A DNA stretch of 63,668 bases, the filler included, from Klebsormidium nitens (lineage: Eukaryota; Plantae; Klebsormidiophyceae), in the NCBI GenBank assembly GCA_000708835.1. It is 5 parts of 5 records of this genome, joined end to end, with 100 filler letters (N's around TTAATTAATTAA, not from the genome) between each part and the next. Parts side by side here need not be neighbours in the genome. Positions count along the whole stretch, not along the records: positions 1 to 23,287 come from DF237878.1; 4 more parts are not named here. One strand, given 5' to 3'. A model generated the notes under the pieces. The model did not search any database, was not told the DNA's origin, and worked only from the letters and a program-made list of their open reading frames with translations. This document shows, piece by piece, positions 1 through 11,488 of the stretch (its first letter is position 1; the number at the start of each line of letters is the position of its first letter). The translations under genes were made by a program, and so were the position numbers.

Positions 1-2511
1 AGTCTGAGTTTACGGCAAGAAGTGTTGGTCTAGAAGCTTCGGTGCTCGGCCGGCCATAAGCTTAGTCTAAAAAGCTTATCGTACGGTTCCCAGGCGCGCG
101 GTGCACGTGGGTCTTTATCGAACGGTCACTCGGTGAAGCAGTAACCTGGACACGTGGCGTGTAGTGATTCAATAAGTCGATAGCGTATAATAACGGACGA
201 TGCGCGGCCGCGAGTTCAGCGCGCAGCCGGGAGTCGGTGCGCAGTCGTGCCGTTACAGAGGAGATCCCACACTTCGAGCGCCTTTCCCTTGCCCAATGGG
301 ACGAACTGAGCGCATTCTGTCATTCGTTCCTTGTGTGTCCCTTTGACGCTGTCTTCGACCACGGGCTGTTCGACCTCGTGCGCATCCTGGATCCGCCACG
401 TGTCCTGGGCGACGCAAGCCCAAGCTGCGGTGCGCGCGTGAGGACCACGCATGCCTGGAGTCTACAAGGATTGGTGATGGCCGGCCCCCGCTTTTATGGA
501 GAGGGATCTGCAGAACTCGTTTTTGCCAGCCGCGCTGATTTGTGCGTATCAGTCTGTCGATTCATTCTTCTCTGTGCGTATGCAAATGTTTTCTGCCTCC
601 TTCTCACTGCTCGCCTTGATCCCTGCTGACCCCGTCGTGTGTCGGATTGGCCGACATGCCCAGGCGAGCCCAACGTGTTACCCTTGCTTTACAGTCGGGT
701 CGAGCTTCGGTTGACGTGGGGCTCTACTGCAGAGATGGGCTTGGAGGGTAAGTCATCACTTTGGCATCTCGAAAGCATTCATGTGGGTCCTGGATGAGCT
801 CCGGGTCCACTATGTGGCAGAGCTTTGTGAAATGCTCAGTGGTGGAAGCTGAAGAAATCATCAGAGTCCTGTCATTCTCGACTTTCCGTTCCTATGATTC
901 GAGCCAGCCGCTTGCTGAAAGTAGCTTCTGATGACGGCCGCCAAACTGCGCCTTCTCAGCAACGTGGCGTACAATCAGGCTGTGACCATTTCAAAAGAAG
1001 TGATCCGCCTCTCTGCCCTTCCCGAAGCAGTCTTGCAAGCTTACGACGGCGCTAGAGAATGAATATCGCAACGAGTCAATTCAGGGAGGTCATCTCGGTG
1101 AGCTCGAGACTGCTTAGCGAAGGAGGATGCACTCTCAAGGAACGGTCATGCCCTCGTGCATTGCCTAGGTGCATTCCGCTCCGTACTCTCGATCCGCTCC
1201 GACGCTATCCAGTTCATCACCTTGACCTCTGCTGATGTCACATGCAGACACCAACCCGGGCGTGCTGACGTGTACCTGCGGCGGGCTTCGCTGGAGACAG
1301 CTTTGTGAAGCTGTGCCTGCAGGTCGGCCCCATAGCGGTACCTGCATCATTGAGAGGGCAGTCCCCGCGGGCTTAGTTTCGTTGGGCTTGATAATATCCA
1401 AACCTCTTTACCTTTTTAGGGCAGACAGTAGAGCTTTTAAACAAGCGACCGTTGTTGAGAGTGGTTCTGAGGAGTTCGAAGTTTCTTGAAAAGAAATCTA
1501 TGTTGTCAGGCATGGAACACCTGCAATGATCAGTTTCAATAACCAGGTTCGACCATGTTTGCCAACACATACCCGTACAGCAGATATCAGCGGAGTAGAC
1601 TTAAGCACGGGGTCTTCGGTACCTCATGCCTTGCAGCAAGGAGTGCTTACGGTCGCGCTTGGCTATCTTTCTTCCTCCCAACCAGAGAAAGGCACGCGTT
1701 TGAGCTACATGGTAGAATCAACCGATCCTGACTGGTGCGTTTCTACCCTTACCTTGCTCTTTCTCACCTGCTATGCACGGCACTTCCAAGCGCATGATGG
1801 GCCATCAATGACGCGCTGCTAGGCCGGCTGTCACACGCTCAGTATGTGTGAGATGCTATGTGGAACACTCAGGCGCATTTGTGTCTGATGTGAATTGATG
1901 AGTGTGCCTCGCAGTTGCTAGTCATTCAATGATTGTGGGGGATGCGGCTCGAAGTTTGCCTTTAAGGATGCATGTCGGATGGCCGGAATGGACAACCAAT
2001 TCGGACGGCACTGCGCAGAATACCGGTCTTCTCATTGCGTATACAAGCGGCGCGCAGCAGAAAATCGCATCGCGTCCCAGTAACAACATGAGCGCGGTTA
2101 CTTTGAGTTTGCACGAGGCTGGCTCGGGTTGTTAAAACGTGCATGCATCGCTCCCGGCGCCACCTTTTAGAGACGAAAAGGGCCCAAGCAGTGTGCGCGA
2201 AATTTGAGAATTGTTGCGCAATCGAATCATTACATTGCTAACGTGAGTTTGCCGCCCGGCGGAACTCGTGCATCATTGCATGCATGAGGCATTTTGATAA
2301 CGATCTGGATTCGATCAGATGAGTATGAGGATGTGTTCGGCAAATTGAGCAGAACTTGGGAGGTTGATGCCGATGAACTAGCATTGATGGTCTCTTTTCG
2401 AATCGATCATGGCAGTTTAAGACGCTATCGGAGTAGCTAAACATGAACCTAGACAAAATGATGACAGAATGACATAATGAACAGCATATTTACTACATCG
2501 AAAACGCGTTC

Positions 2512-4211
2512 CTAAGGACCGGGGGCGGGGTGTGCCTGGAGGTAGTTCTGGAAGGCTGCCACCTGGTGTCCAAGCCAGTAGAGGCCCTCTGCAAGCAAGT
2601 TGTGACGGCTAAAATCAGGTTGATAGACATAGAGATTGACAACAATACGTAAATGGAAGATAGTCTGGCACCAGACGCGATTAAGCGAGGTGGTTGAACT
2701 GTACACGTTTGCAAGATAAGCAAGCGCGGAACAGCGAGCAACAAAGCAAATCAGGTCAGAGAGAAGCGTAGCTATGATTCATTCTTTATCCGAACTTGCT
2801 GGAGGTTCGGATGGGTCGAGCAAGGCTGGAGGAGAGCGCAGTACTCACCCGCCCGGAAGATCACGACAGCCAGCAGCTGTAGGTCGGTGACTGGCTGGGG
2901 TGCCTGGTGCCCCAGGCCAGCTGTGAGGCCTGAAGGAGGACGGAAAAACCGTCATACGCTGACTGGGGAGGGTCTTCTGCTTTCAAAAGCGTCGCAACTT
3001 CCTTCAGGACAACTTTTGCGTGTTTCTGTTGCGTCGGGTCAATCTTTGGCTTCTTTCCAAAGATGCATCATCGTGTTCAGAGCCAGACCGCTATGCGAAC
3101 AACTCATCGCAGAATGCGGAACTTTGCCGGTCAACATATGAGCCTCGAAGTTCAGGCGGTATTTCACTGCAACAGGCACTCAACCTTATAAAGTGTCACT
3201 TGCATCAACGTGAAAAACAGGACTTTTGATTTTACCGATGGCTTTGATCACCGTTAGAAGCATGACAACTCCTTTTGTACAGCTGTACAGTGGTCTCATA
3301 GGCCCTGTGATTATCATTTTCGAGGTTGAAGGTTTTGCCGATGGCATGAAAGCATTATCGACACAAAAGAGCAGAAGCCTTTCAATGCATTCAGAGACGT
3401 CTTTGGAAGCCTTGAAGTGCTCCTCAAGCTCTGCTTCTGAAATCCCCTTGAATTTCCACAGCAATCCTTGTTCATCCAGCAAGATGCTGTATGACCAGAC
3501 CGAATCTATCTGGACGCTCACGCTCCATAGAGTAGGCCAGGTCTTGACCCAAAAAAAGGTTAAAGGACCCTACTTTGGGGAATTGACACCTGAATGAACA
3601 TCCAAAGTCACCACAAGGCTGGACTGCAGACGGCTGAAAGGTCTCAATTCATCATGAGTGAAAACAAAACAGAGCGTACGACAGGATGATGGGCCAACCG
3701 AGGAAGGAGCCTAATGAGCGGATTGCACTCAATGTTATAGCTAGCAAAGCAGGAGGTGAAGGACCAGAGGTGACTCACCACCAAGAGTACCGGTGTCCTC
3801 CACAGGTCTGTATGCGACAACTGGACTCCCTGCGGGCGCCTGAGGCGCCATCACCACCACATCGTGCAGATATCCGAGTCCCATGAGAGCGATGGGGCTG
3901 CTCGAGGCAACCAACTGGATCATCCGCTGAATTGCACGCGTCACCCGGCGCTGAACCTGGGAGACTGCTGTGGAAGCCCGGCAGACAAAGCCGAGCCTAA
4001 AGGAAACGAGAGCCCCTGCGGCTCTGCTGAAGATGGGGCTGCTAGAGAAGGCGAACTCCCATGGCAGCGTCGCGTGCACGCTGACGTGCCACATCATCCA
4101 TGGGTCAGGGTCCACCCACTGCAGGAGGCCCTCGGGATGTGCATCCTCTACATCCGAGTCGTCATCCCCCCTGCTCCGCTTCCCTAAGGTGAAGCGGCTC
4201 TCAGTCTCCAT
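2512..4211 (-). pseudogene. Possible decayed or unknown spliced host gene (several exon-like ORF fragments)
   Basis: Protein-like minus-strand ORFs at 3741-4211, 3186-3521 and 2512-2706, with donor-like sites (GTGAGTC near 3772-3779, GTGAGTAC near 2840). No family recognised; exon chain not verified. Confidence 0.3.
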
Positions 4212-5303
4212 CTCCGTGCGTGCGTCCTGAATTCAGCTGTGTGAGAGAGCGGAAATGGACGTACCAAAGGGAAAGATATCCTTTGTGAAAAGAAGTCAGA
4301 CTTCTGCTAAACGGCCAGCTGTCGCACACTCCAGAGGCCCTTTTGCAGAAGAAGCCGTTGGCCCGACCGCGGCAACGCCCTCGCTTCGTCAGATGTTGAA
4401 GTTGGACGGTCACGATTGGCGCGCGCGCGCGGCTTGCACGAGAATCTTCCCCAGGGGGCCTTGTTTCCTCGATCGTGACCGCTCAAAGGCTACATAAATT
4501 CTGACCGTGTTCCCTGCGGAGCTGGCCTTGACTAAGAACATATATAGACTGATAGGCGCTGATTGATCACTTCACTCCTTTATAAGACATGACCTTGCCA
4601 AGAACGCTAGACCCGTTGACGCTTACCAAAGAGGTCGGACATAGCTTCGGTATGCAGATAAAAGCACGCAGCCTGGCCTTCGAGGAGGCCACGTGGCGAC
4701 ACACAGTCAACTAGGAGGCAGGAAGCCGAGCGCGCGCGCATATTGCTCTCAAGCGAGCAAGCGAGTATCCAAGGAGCTGCCTCAATCCAGCTGTCTCGCA
4801 AGGAATTGGGACGAGCCGACCTGCTAGCAGCTACACCAGCACCAGTTTGGTTCCTCAAGAAAGACTCGAAACAAGCTTAAGGACTTTGACTCGGAGTCAC
4901 CTGGAAATCTGCGACTTAGCGCCTTAGGGCAGATCAATAAATATTGCAAGTCAGTTCCCCAGTGATCAAGCACCCATCACGCACTAGTACTTACCATGCT
5001 GCCGGGCTTTTCATGAGAAAAAAAGCCTACATTGTGGCAGTTTGGGGGGCTTGCCAGGATCGGCGCCCTGCTGGCCTCTGGGGCCTGCGGGCCCACGGCC
5101 TCGGAACCATTGCCGCCATTCGCCAACCTCACATACCATTTGCAAAATAAAACGCGGACCATAGGCGCGCACCCTAGTTTCCGCGAAATTCGGGATTGCT
5201 TGCTGAGAATTGTTTGCTGCATGGTTTCGCGAACCTCCACGTCCCTAATCGAATGGAATGCTGCGTCGAATCGACATTCACTTTATCGCCTTTGATCGTA
5301 GAC

Positions 5304-5753
5304 ATGTTCACGTCCTGCTTGACAGAATTTGATAGACACTATGCATATGCCGATGGCCCGCGCGAAGACATTCGCCGAAAATCAGCTTTCTGCATACTCA
5401 GCGCATGCCTCCCATGCGTGTATATCGAGCACATTTGTCGCTACTTCCGGAGTGCGCGTCGAGCAAAGCGAGAGGCCAAAAACGTAGAGCTCCGGCATAA
5501 GGTTCACGAATTTGCAAAATCACACCCTGAAATCAACTTTTGGGACGACCTGTACCGCAAGTATCTCGCAGAGGTATCTGGCATCTCTTCCGAAACGTTC
5601 TTCATCATCGTACACGACATACAAGGGAGGTTTAACCGACATAATTCGACACGTTGGCGATCTATCCGATTTGGGGGTCTTCTCTTGTTGGCTTATGAAG
5701 GTCGAAAGGGCTTTCATCATTTTCACAAACATTGGCATCACTTATCCCTCTAG
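5304..5753 (+). CDS. Hypothetical protein (intronless, first ORF of virus-like island)
   Basis: Open frame 5196-5753; first true ATG at 5304. Stop overlaps the convergent HNH-like ORF by 4 nt, typical of dense viral packing. Confidence 0.5.
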   Translation: MFTSCLTEFDRHYAYADGPREDIRRKSAFCILSACLPCVYIEHICRYFRSARRAKREAKNVELRHKVHEFAKSHPEINFWDDLYRKYLAEVSGISSETFFIIVHDIQGRFNRHNSTRWRSIRFGGLLLLAYEGRKGFHHFHKHWHHLSL

Positions 5754-6346
5754 CCTTTCTGACAATCGTCGTGCATTGACATAGGTTCTCCGCATGATTG
5801 CCGCGCGAGCTCCTTTCTAAGCTTGTCTTCTAATACCGTAGGGCTGAGGTCTTCAGATAAACCTCTCTCTACGGATTGTATAGTTTCTATCATCATCTTC
5901 TCGTATTCAAACAACTCTACGAAATAACCTTTTCCGCGGTTGCAGAAATTGCACACCCAGGAAAGATTGTCGGCATAGGTATTTACAGCTACATCTAAAC
6001 GATCAATCTCAGGGAAAGCACCGCGGCCCCACAACCGTCTGTTCCATTCCAATGGATTGTTGCAGATATAGCATCTGCCCTTTTGCTCGGTCCACTTGGC
6101 CACAGCTGACGACTTGTCTAGTGGAACGGTATCCACATCCACATAACGCTCTCGCTGTCGCATATCGCTATTGCGTGCTGTCACACTCTGACGAATGAGT
6201 TCCTCGTAGTGATACGCAGGAAAGAATCTCATGTGGTGATTTCTCACCCTCGTGCGCTTCCCACGGATTCCGTCGATCACCCCACTCACTTTCTCCAATG
6301 ATACCAGATCGTTATGGTCTGGAAGGGTGTTCTCCAAATGATCCAA
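5750..6346 (-). CDS. HNH-like (beta-beta-alpha-Me) Zn-binding endonuclease
   Basis: Motif string CYIC...PEIDRLD...YADNLSWVCNFCNRGKG matches the CxxC / IDR / N..CxxCN..K pattern of phage and giant-virus HNH-like nucleases. Confidence 0.7.
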   Translation of the reverse strand: MDHLENTLPDHNDLVSLEKVSGVIDGIRGKRTRVRNHHMRFFPAYHYEELIRQSVTARNSDMRQRERYVDVDTVPLDKSSAVAKWTEQKGRCYICNNPLEWNRRLWGRGAFPEIDRLDVAVNTYADNLSWVCNFCNRGKGYFVELFEYEKMMIETIQSVERGLSEDLSPTVLEDKLRKELARQSCGEPMSMHDDCQKG

Positions 6347-7095
6347 GTCATTTGCATGATGGATGTCGTTGGGTCCAAATCTCGTTCGATACTGTCGTTC
6401 TGAAATGGTATCAGTTCGTTGTGTTCTTGAAGGCCGTTCTCTACTTGTTCCAGGTCGGAATTCGTCGTTTCCGACTCTCCTTCGACACCTTCATTCGTTC
6501 TAGCTTGCGATGCACTTTTTAGTACTTCCATTATCTCCTCCAATGTTTGGCAAAGTTCATGCAACGACGGTTTGGACGCCGTATGGCAAATCAGGCTTTG
6601 TAGTAATGCGTCTTTTTGCACCCGCAACTCTCGTAGTACATCGTTCCTCTTGACAATCCTCTCCAGCTCTTTGAAGCATGAGGTGCACATCCACTGAAGC
6701 GTACCTCCGTCATCGAAGATGAGGGAAACTTCCTTCAGATGCAACACCTCTGCACATAAACCACAAGATCCTCCGTAGTCTGGTACATGTAGATTGGCGG
6801 GTCTCTCAGTCTTGCAGTACATAGCCTCCAACTTTATCCTCTTCTGAAGTTCCGTCGTTTTGATATTCATGATTAATCCCTCCTCATCGACTCCCGCAAC
6901 GACATCCCTCATCTCCTGCAACATCTGCTTGATATCTTCGACCACCGCCAAAATCTTCGCTATCTTTTTGGCCTTTTGTTCCTTCTCCTCTACCTCCCTG
7001 CACTCGCGAGCCGTCATCACACGCCGTTTCTTCGAGTAGTCCTCGGTCGAGTAATTTATGCGCACGTCGTCCCGAGATTCGCTCTCATCGACCAT
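6286..7095 (-). CDS. Hypothetical coiled-coil protein with CxxC...CxxC putative Zn site
   Basis: 269-aa ORF, E/K/Q-rich heptads, CGLC and CTSC pairs; overlaps the next ORF by 61 nt. Confidence 0.6.
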   Translation of the reverse strand: MVDESESRDDVRINYSTEDYSKKRRVMTARECREVEEKEQKAKKIAKILAVVEDIKQMLQEMRDVVAGVDEEGLIMNIKTTELQKRIKLEAMYCKTERPANLHVPDYGGSCGLCAEVLHLKEVSLIFDDGGTLQWMCTSCFKELERIVKRNDVLRELRVQKDALLQSLICHTASKPSLHELCQTLEEIMEVLKSASQARTNEGVEGESETTNSDLEQVENGLQEHNELIPFQNDSIERDLDPTTSIMQMTWIIWRTPFQTITIWYHWRK

Positions 7096-7300
7096 CGTGG
7101 CACCACGTTCCTCCTTCCTACCTTTGAAATCAGGCGACGATGTTTCGACGAACTTCGTACACGAGATCTCGCCGGACGACTAGGATACCCATCCAGAGTT
7201 CATACAGACGCCCTATACCAACTTTGAGAAACTTCCGATCAGGTTATGGCATCGAATATATTGAAAGTCTTGCTGACGTCCCAATGCTCGCATGTTAGAA

Positions 7301-7858
7301 TCAAACGTTTGCCTCTACAGGTTTGTAAAAGGTCTGCTCCGGAAGTAGAAAGATGGAGTAACGGTCGGCGGCCTCTCGTGTGAAGCGATTCGTTTGGACG
7401 ATTTCCTCAAGAATGATCGTCGTTTGTTGAAAATTCACTCTACCTATGCACTTCGTCAGACGCTCTGGTTCATCTGTAAGCAGGTGCAAGGGGACTTTGA
7501 ATTGGTGAACGATGTCAGGATGAGGAGTCCAGTTGCTCGTGAAGTGTGTGTAGTACTTATAATTGATTACGTACTGGCTCACTACAGCAGGATGATCAAT
7601 CCCTTCAGTGCACATTTTGAGCAAGTAGTGAAGAAGGTTATTGTCCTCCAGGTATTTGAGCAGTTCCTCCTCTCCCTTTCCCAGAAAGCGCGGATTCTTG
7701 ATGTACACTCCATCTTTTACATTGGATTTGATATCGAGGATCAACGTCATCAGTGTCCTAAACGTACTTGAAATGACGCCGTATCTGTTCCGTGGGATGC
7801 CGAGGAGATCACAGACTTTATGTGACAAGGGAGCAACGATATTGCAGTTGATGCACAT
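7301..7858 (-). CDS. Hypothetical protein
   Basis: 185-aa intronless ORF of globular composition in the co-directional gene run. Confidence 0.55.
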   Translation of the reverse strand: MCINCNIVAPLSHKVCDLLGIPRNRYGVISSTFRTLMTLILDIKSNVKDGVYIKNPRFLGKGEEELLKYLEDNNLLHYLLKMCTEGIDHPAVVSQYVINYKYYTHFTSNWTPHPDIVHQFKVPLHLLTDEPERLTKCIGRVNFQQTTIILEEIVQTNRFTREAADRYSIFLLPEQTFYKPVEANV

Positions 7859-7975
7859 ATTTCTACATTTTGCTCAATGTTAAATTGTGTTTGTACTGAA
7901 CGCGCGTGCGTTTGGGCAGGTTGTGCAAGCCATGATTCCTTGATAGATTTCTTGTTGTATGGATCAATAACCTGC

Positions 7976-8173
7976 CTATTGCCACGAAGTGATTCTATCT
8001 AGGTGGTTCTCTAGTTCATCAATACTGGTCAGAACTTGCTTCATCTTGCTCGGGCTGTCGCGCAGAAGAACCCGCATTCGGCATCGAAGCTGTTCAAACG
8101 CTTCTCGTGGGTCGCCAGTGATGCTAACATCAGGATCCGAGGTGTCATGTTCGTATGGATAGTCGTACTCCAT
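7976..8173 (-). CDS. Small hypothetical protein
   Basis: 65-aa ATG-started ORF with acidic N-terminus and amphipathic helices, co-directional with neighbours. Confidence 0.4.
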   Translation of the reverse strand: MEYDYPYEHDTSDPDVSITGDPREAFEQLRCRMRVLLRDSPSKMKQVLTSIDELENHLDRITSWQ

Positions 8174-8327
8174 TTTCGTAACTTGTCACTTAGCTAGATT
8201 TTTTTTGTGGTAAAATTCGTCGCGGTGAAGGCTTAAAATCGCAATACAACACAAACTGTACGAAAGATGTACCACGCACACATGTCCGATTACCATATAT
8301 TTTCGTGGTGTCGTAGTATGACCATTC

Positions 8328-10058
8328 ATGCATCAGCCGTCGTCGTGGAAGAAACCTGCCAACTGGCTGCAAACTCTATCAGTCCTGATAGCTTACTATA
8401 GTCTGGCACAACTCAGTAGGCTTCTCGTCCAAAAAGACACACACTCCGTCCCCGTTTGGGCTCCATCTGCGATCGGACTGGCAGCGGCCCTACGTTTTGG
8501 CCGTATACAAGCTGCAGGAGGTGTCTTCACGGGTTCCATATTGCATTTAACCGTCATGTTTTACACGTCCAAACGATATCGCCATCCTAAATTCCTCGCG
8601 ATCGCTCCTGTGATCGGCCTCATCAATGGCTTGGAAGCGACCATATCCTGTACATTAGTCCGCCTGCTGAGTGGACGCACTAAGAACTGGTTCGACACGA
8701 GAAATAGTGCATTCGCATTCTTCGCGGCGATGCCCATCGCCCCTCTGATATCGGGATACAGCATCGCTATCCTCTTGGTCGCAGTTCGCATCAGCAACGC
8801 GAAGCAAATAGGGCTCTATGGTGCGGCTCTATTCTTAGGACGTCTCGGTGCCACGTGCGCTTTAGTCCCGGCACTCACTCAACCTTGGACTGGAATGGAC
8901 AGACGTCGGATCGTCTCATTGAGTGCGGTCTACCTGGCTATCGTCATCGTATTCTCTTTCGTCTTTCTGAATAGATATGGGCTGGTCGAGAGCGAACAAC
9001 TCCGACCCCTCGTCTTTCCCGCATTCGGGCTCGTTCTCTTCGTCGCCTCTACCATCAAGGACATACGCGGCGTCACTGCAGCAATCTTGCTGGCAATGAG
9101 CTTGGTGATTGTAGGAAGTTCTAACGGAAAGGGTCCGTTCAGTGGCAGTGTTCACTCTCCTTTCTTTTGGCTCGTGCTGGAACAGAGCTTCATATGCGTC
9201 GTGAGCACTGCGAGTATATGCATGGCAGCTTTAGTCTGCGAACAGGATGCCACCAACTTTACGGTCGCGACTTTGAACAAGCAACTTCAGGCACATCTCC
9301 ACTACCGCACCCGTGAGTCCGCGTCTGCGATGGACCGCGCGGAGGACACTGGCCGCCACAAACTCAGTTTCATACGCCGCATAAAAGAAGAGGTGCGGGC
9401 ACCGCTAGCAGCCTTGAGCTTTTCAGGAGAGGGAAGTATTCCGAACGACCGGGAGAGCATCGAAGTTCTCGTCTCTAGATTAGACGATCTCATTGAAGTC
9501 GGAGTCGCTGAGACCGGACGGATGTCTATCGACGAGTACGAGTTCGACCCCATCGAGAATTTCCGCCTCGCTTTGAGTCAGTCACGACCGGACCTCATAA
9601 ATTGCGCAACCTGGAATACGACGGACGATGTTCCGAGGAAGGTGTATGGAGATGCGGTAAAACTCCGCCGCTGTCTCATGGAGATGATCATGGATACTTG
9701 TTTCAGGGCTGGAAAAGTGGACGCCTTGGACCTCAAGGTCAGAGTGGTCCCCTTGGAGGGCAGTTCATTCGGTTCCGATCATCCAAAACGTCAGATTCAA
9801 ATTCGATTTAAAGTCTACGCGGCAGCTCCTTCGAAAGCGGTCGATTGGAAGAGTGTCATTCCAGAAGAAGATACACTTTCAAACGATCGTCCACTAGCTC
9901 TTTGTGAGGAATTGGGAGGCAGCCTGTACCGCTCATTAGACGGACGAGGGACGAGACTCGACATGCGATTTCGACGTATGTTGTCAGACACGGCGGCTGA
10001 AGATCCTCGACACCTGCCGGCAATCACAGAAGGAGCGTTCAGCATAGAGAGTGCGTGA
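8328..10058 (+). CDS. MASE1 membrane sensor fused to degenerate HisKA/HATPase (pseudo-histidine kinase)
   Basis: N-half: multiple TM segments with MASE1-like PVWAPSAIGLAAAL, GLINGLEAT and GKGPF. C-half aligns with hybrid-HK consensus (LNKQLQ..RTRE, KLSFIRRIKEEVRAPL, ETGRMSIDEYEFD, VPRKVYGDAVKLRRCL, EELGGSL..DGRGT) but H-box His, N-box Asn and G1/G2 boxes are lost. Confidence 0.8.
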   Translation: MHQPSSWKKPANWLQTLSVLIAYYSLAQLSRLLVQKDTHSVPVWAPSAIGLAAALRFGRIQAAGGVFTGSILHLTVMFYTSKRYRHPKFLAIAPVIGLINGLEATISCTLVRLLSGRTKNWFDTRNSAFAFFAAMPIAPLISGYSIAILLVAVRISNAKQIGLYGAALFLGRLGATCALVPALTQPWTGMDRRRIVSLSAVYLAIVIVFSFVFLNRYGLVESEQLRPLVFPAFGLVLFVASTIKDIRGVTAAILLAMSLVIVGSSNGKGPFSGSVHSPFFWLVLEQSFICVVSTASICMAALVCEQDATNFTVATLNKQLQAHLHYRTRESASAMDRAEDTGRHKLSFIRRIKEEVRAPLAALSFSGEGSIPNDRESIEVLVSRLDDLIEVGVAETGRMSIDEYEFDPIENFRLALSQSRPDLINCATWNTTDDVPRKVYGDAVKLRRCLMEMIMDTCFRAGKVDALDLKVRVVPLEGSSFGSDHPKRQIQIRFKVYAAAPSKAVDWKSVIPEEDTLSNDRPLALCEELGGSLYRSLDGRGTRLDMRFRRMLSDTAAEDPRHLPAITEGAFSIESA

Positions 10059-10106
10059 ACAGCCCCCAATGGGTCGCGTTCTCTTCCTCACCTGAAAATA
10101 ACATCT

Positions 10107-10844
10107 TTGCAGGAGAGAGACATGGAACTCGCATGCACGGACTCTGAGTGGGCACGGATAATGATCGTTTTCCTCAACATTCAGTGCTCGTTGAAAGACT
10201 TGCTACCGCAGATCTTTCCCGATATGTGTTCCGAGCGGATTGCTCTGATCGATACCGTCTTATTGTCGTGGAGACTAGAAGACGCAGAGCAGCACCTTAT
10301 ATGGAAGCAAAAAGCCAGAGAATGCACTAGATACATCAATTTGTTGAACTCGTTGGGCTGGATCTCACCGTTGATCCAGCTCGCTCTTCAGGTAGTTTCG
10401 ATGTGCCCTGAAAGCTCCATGACACCGTGGATAAAACGTACCCTGACTGGCAGATTCAGTGCATGCCGTACATCAGCAGCCTCTTTATTGCTTCGGATCA
10501 CCAAGCGACTCTCCAACATCCTGTGTGGGCTGTACGTCTCAGCTCAATCTACGGCTCTCCGAAAGAATGCAGCGAGACAACGAATACTAGCAAACGGCTA
10601 TTGCCCGTTTACTGCTCCTTCTCTGCGACTTTCAGCTAAAATCGAAAGAGAAGCCATCGCAGCCCTCACGCGACTAAGAGAAGCTTTCGTAGATGAGGAT
10701 TATGGGAGGAAAGTAGGATATTGCGAAAATGGTGAACAGATTCAGTGCTTCATAGATATTCTAAATATGTCTAGTGTCTGGCTTCGAGAAGTTTGGGAGC
10801 ATTGTGCCCTCATATCGGGTGAGTTTACGGTCCACCCATCTTGA
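10107..10844 (+). CDS. Hypothetical protein
   Basis: 245-aa intronless open frame starting 49 nt after the MASE1 gene; true start uncertain (TTG at 10107, ATG at 10121). Confidence 0.5.
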   Translation: MQERDMELACTDSEWARIMIVFLNIQCSLKDLLPQIFPDMCSERIALIDTVLLSWRLEDAEQHLIWKQKARECTRYINLLNSLGWISPLIQLALQVVSMCPESSMTPWIKRTLTGRFSACRTSAASLLLRITKRLSNILCGLYVSAQSTALRKNAARQRILANGYCPFTAPSLRLSAKIEREAIAALTRLREAFVDEDYGRKVGYCENGEQIQCFIDILNMSSVWLREVWEHCALISGEFTVHPS

Positions 10845-11110
10845 ACGTCATGGAAAGTTAACCAACCGGGGAAGTTCGACGAATATGTGTGGTATCCGCG
10901 GACGGTTTCGAAATCGAAGCCTGAAAAATTGGGGAAATTTCCATAAACCGAGCAAAGTGAACAATGTGTGGTTCATGGCAGTAGGCAGTTCTCAACGGAA
11001 GCACTTGAGTCGATATAGGCAGAACGATTGACTAGGAAGTTAGCGATAAGCGCACGCATGGACGCCCACCAGTTTATTCAGCAACACGACAAGGTCACGA
11101 GCAGTGGAAT

Positions 11111-11467
11111 CTACAGCTTCACAATCGTGAAGAGCGCACAGATGAGCTCAGGCTGTAAAGACGAATTGAGGACGCTAGGATTTGCACTAGTCGAGCACTC
11201 TGGCATATGTGAGATCAGAAAGCTCTCACGTCCGATGCATGCACCCATGCCCATTTGCACCCAGAACTTGCCATCCAGCCCTTTCTTCCTCGTTCCAATG
11301 GTAAAGTCGAGTGCACTGCGAGCGGGCCCCTTCCTGCCTGGCTTAGCTTTGGGCTTGGGCTTTGCCTTCGTCTTAGCCCCGGCCTTCGTCTTGGTCTTTC
11401 GGTCTTTCACTGTCATCCTGCCATAAGTCGTTTCGGCATGTGACTTAGTGATCGACGGGGACCACAC
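11111..11467 (-). CDS. Lys-rich basic protein with RKGP..SA..F.IGT.KKG.DG..W motif (giant-virus-type)
   Basis: KTKTKAGAKTKAKPKPKAK tail followed by RKGPARSALDFTIGTRKKGLDGKFWV, a motif I recognise from uncharacterised nucleocytovirus proteins. Confidence 0.55.
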   Translation of the reverse strand: MWSPSITKSHAETTYGRMTVKDRKTKTKAGAKTKAKPKPKAKPGRKGPARSALDFTIGTRKKGLDGKFWVQMGMGACIGRESFLISHMPECSTSANPSVLNSSLQPELICALFTIVKL

Positions 11468-11488
11468 TCGAACACATACGGTGTGGCG

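Noticed and set aside
237-1822. Short plus-strand ORFs at the window start
   Set aside because: No recognisable motif or consistent exon chain.
7301-7858. Weak SWIB/MDM2-like look of LSHKVCDLLGIPR
   Set aside because: Only a short stretch resembles the domain; it cannot be supported without a profile search.
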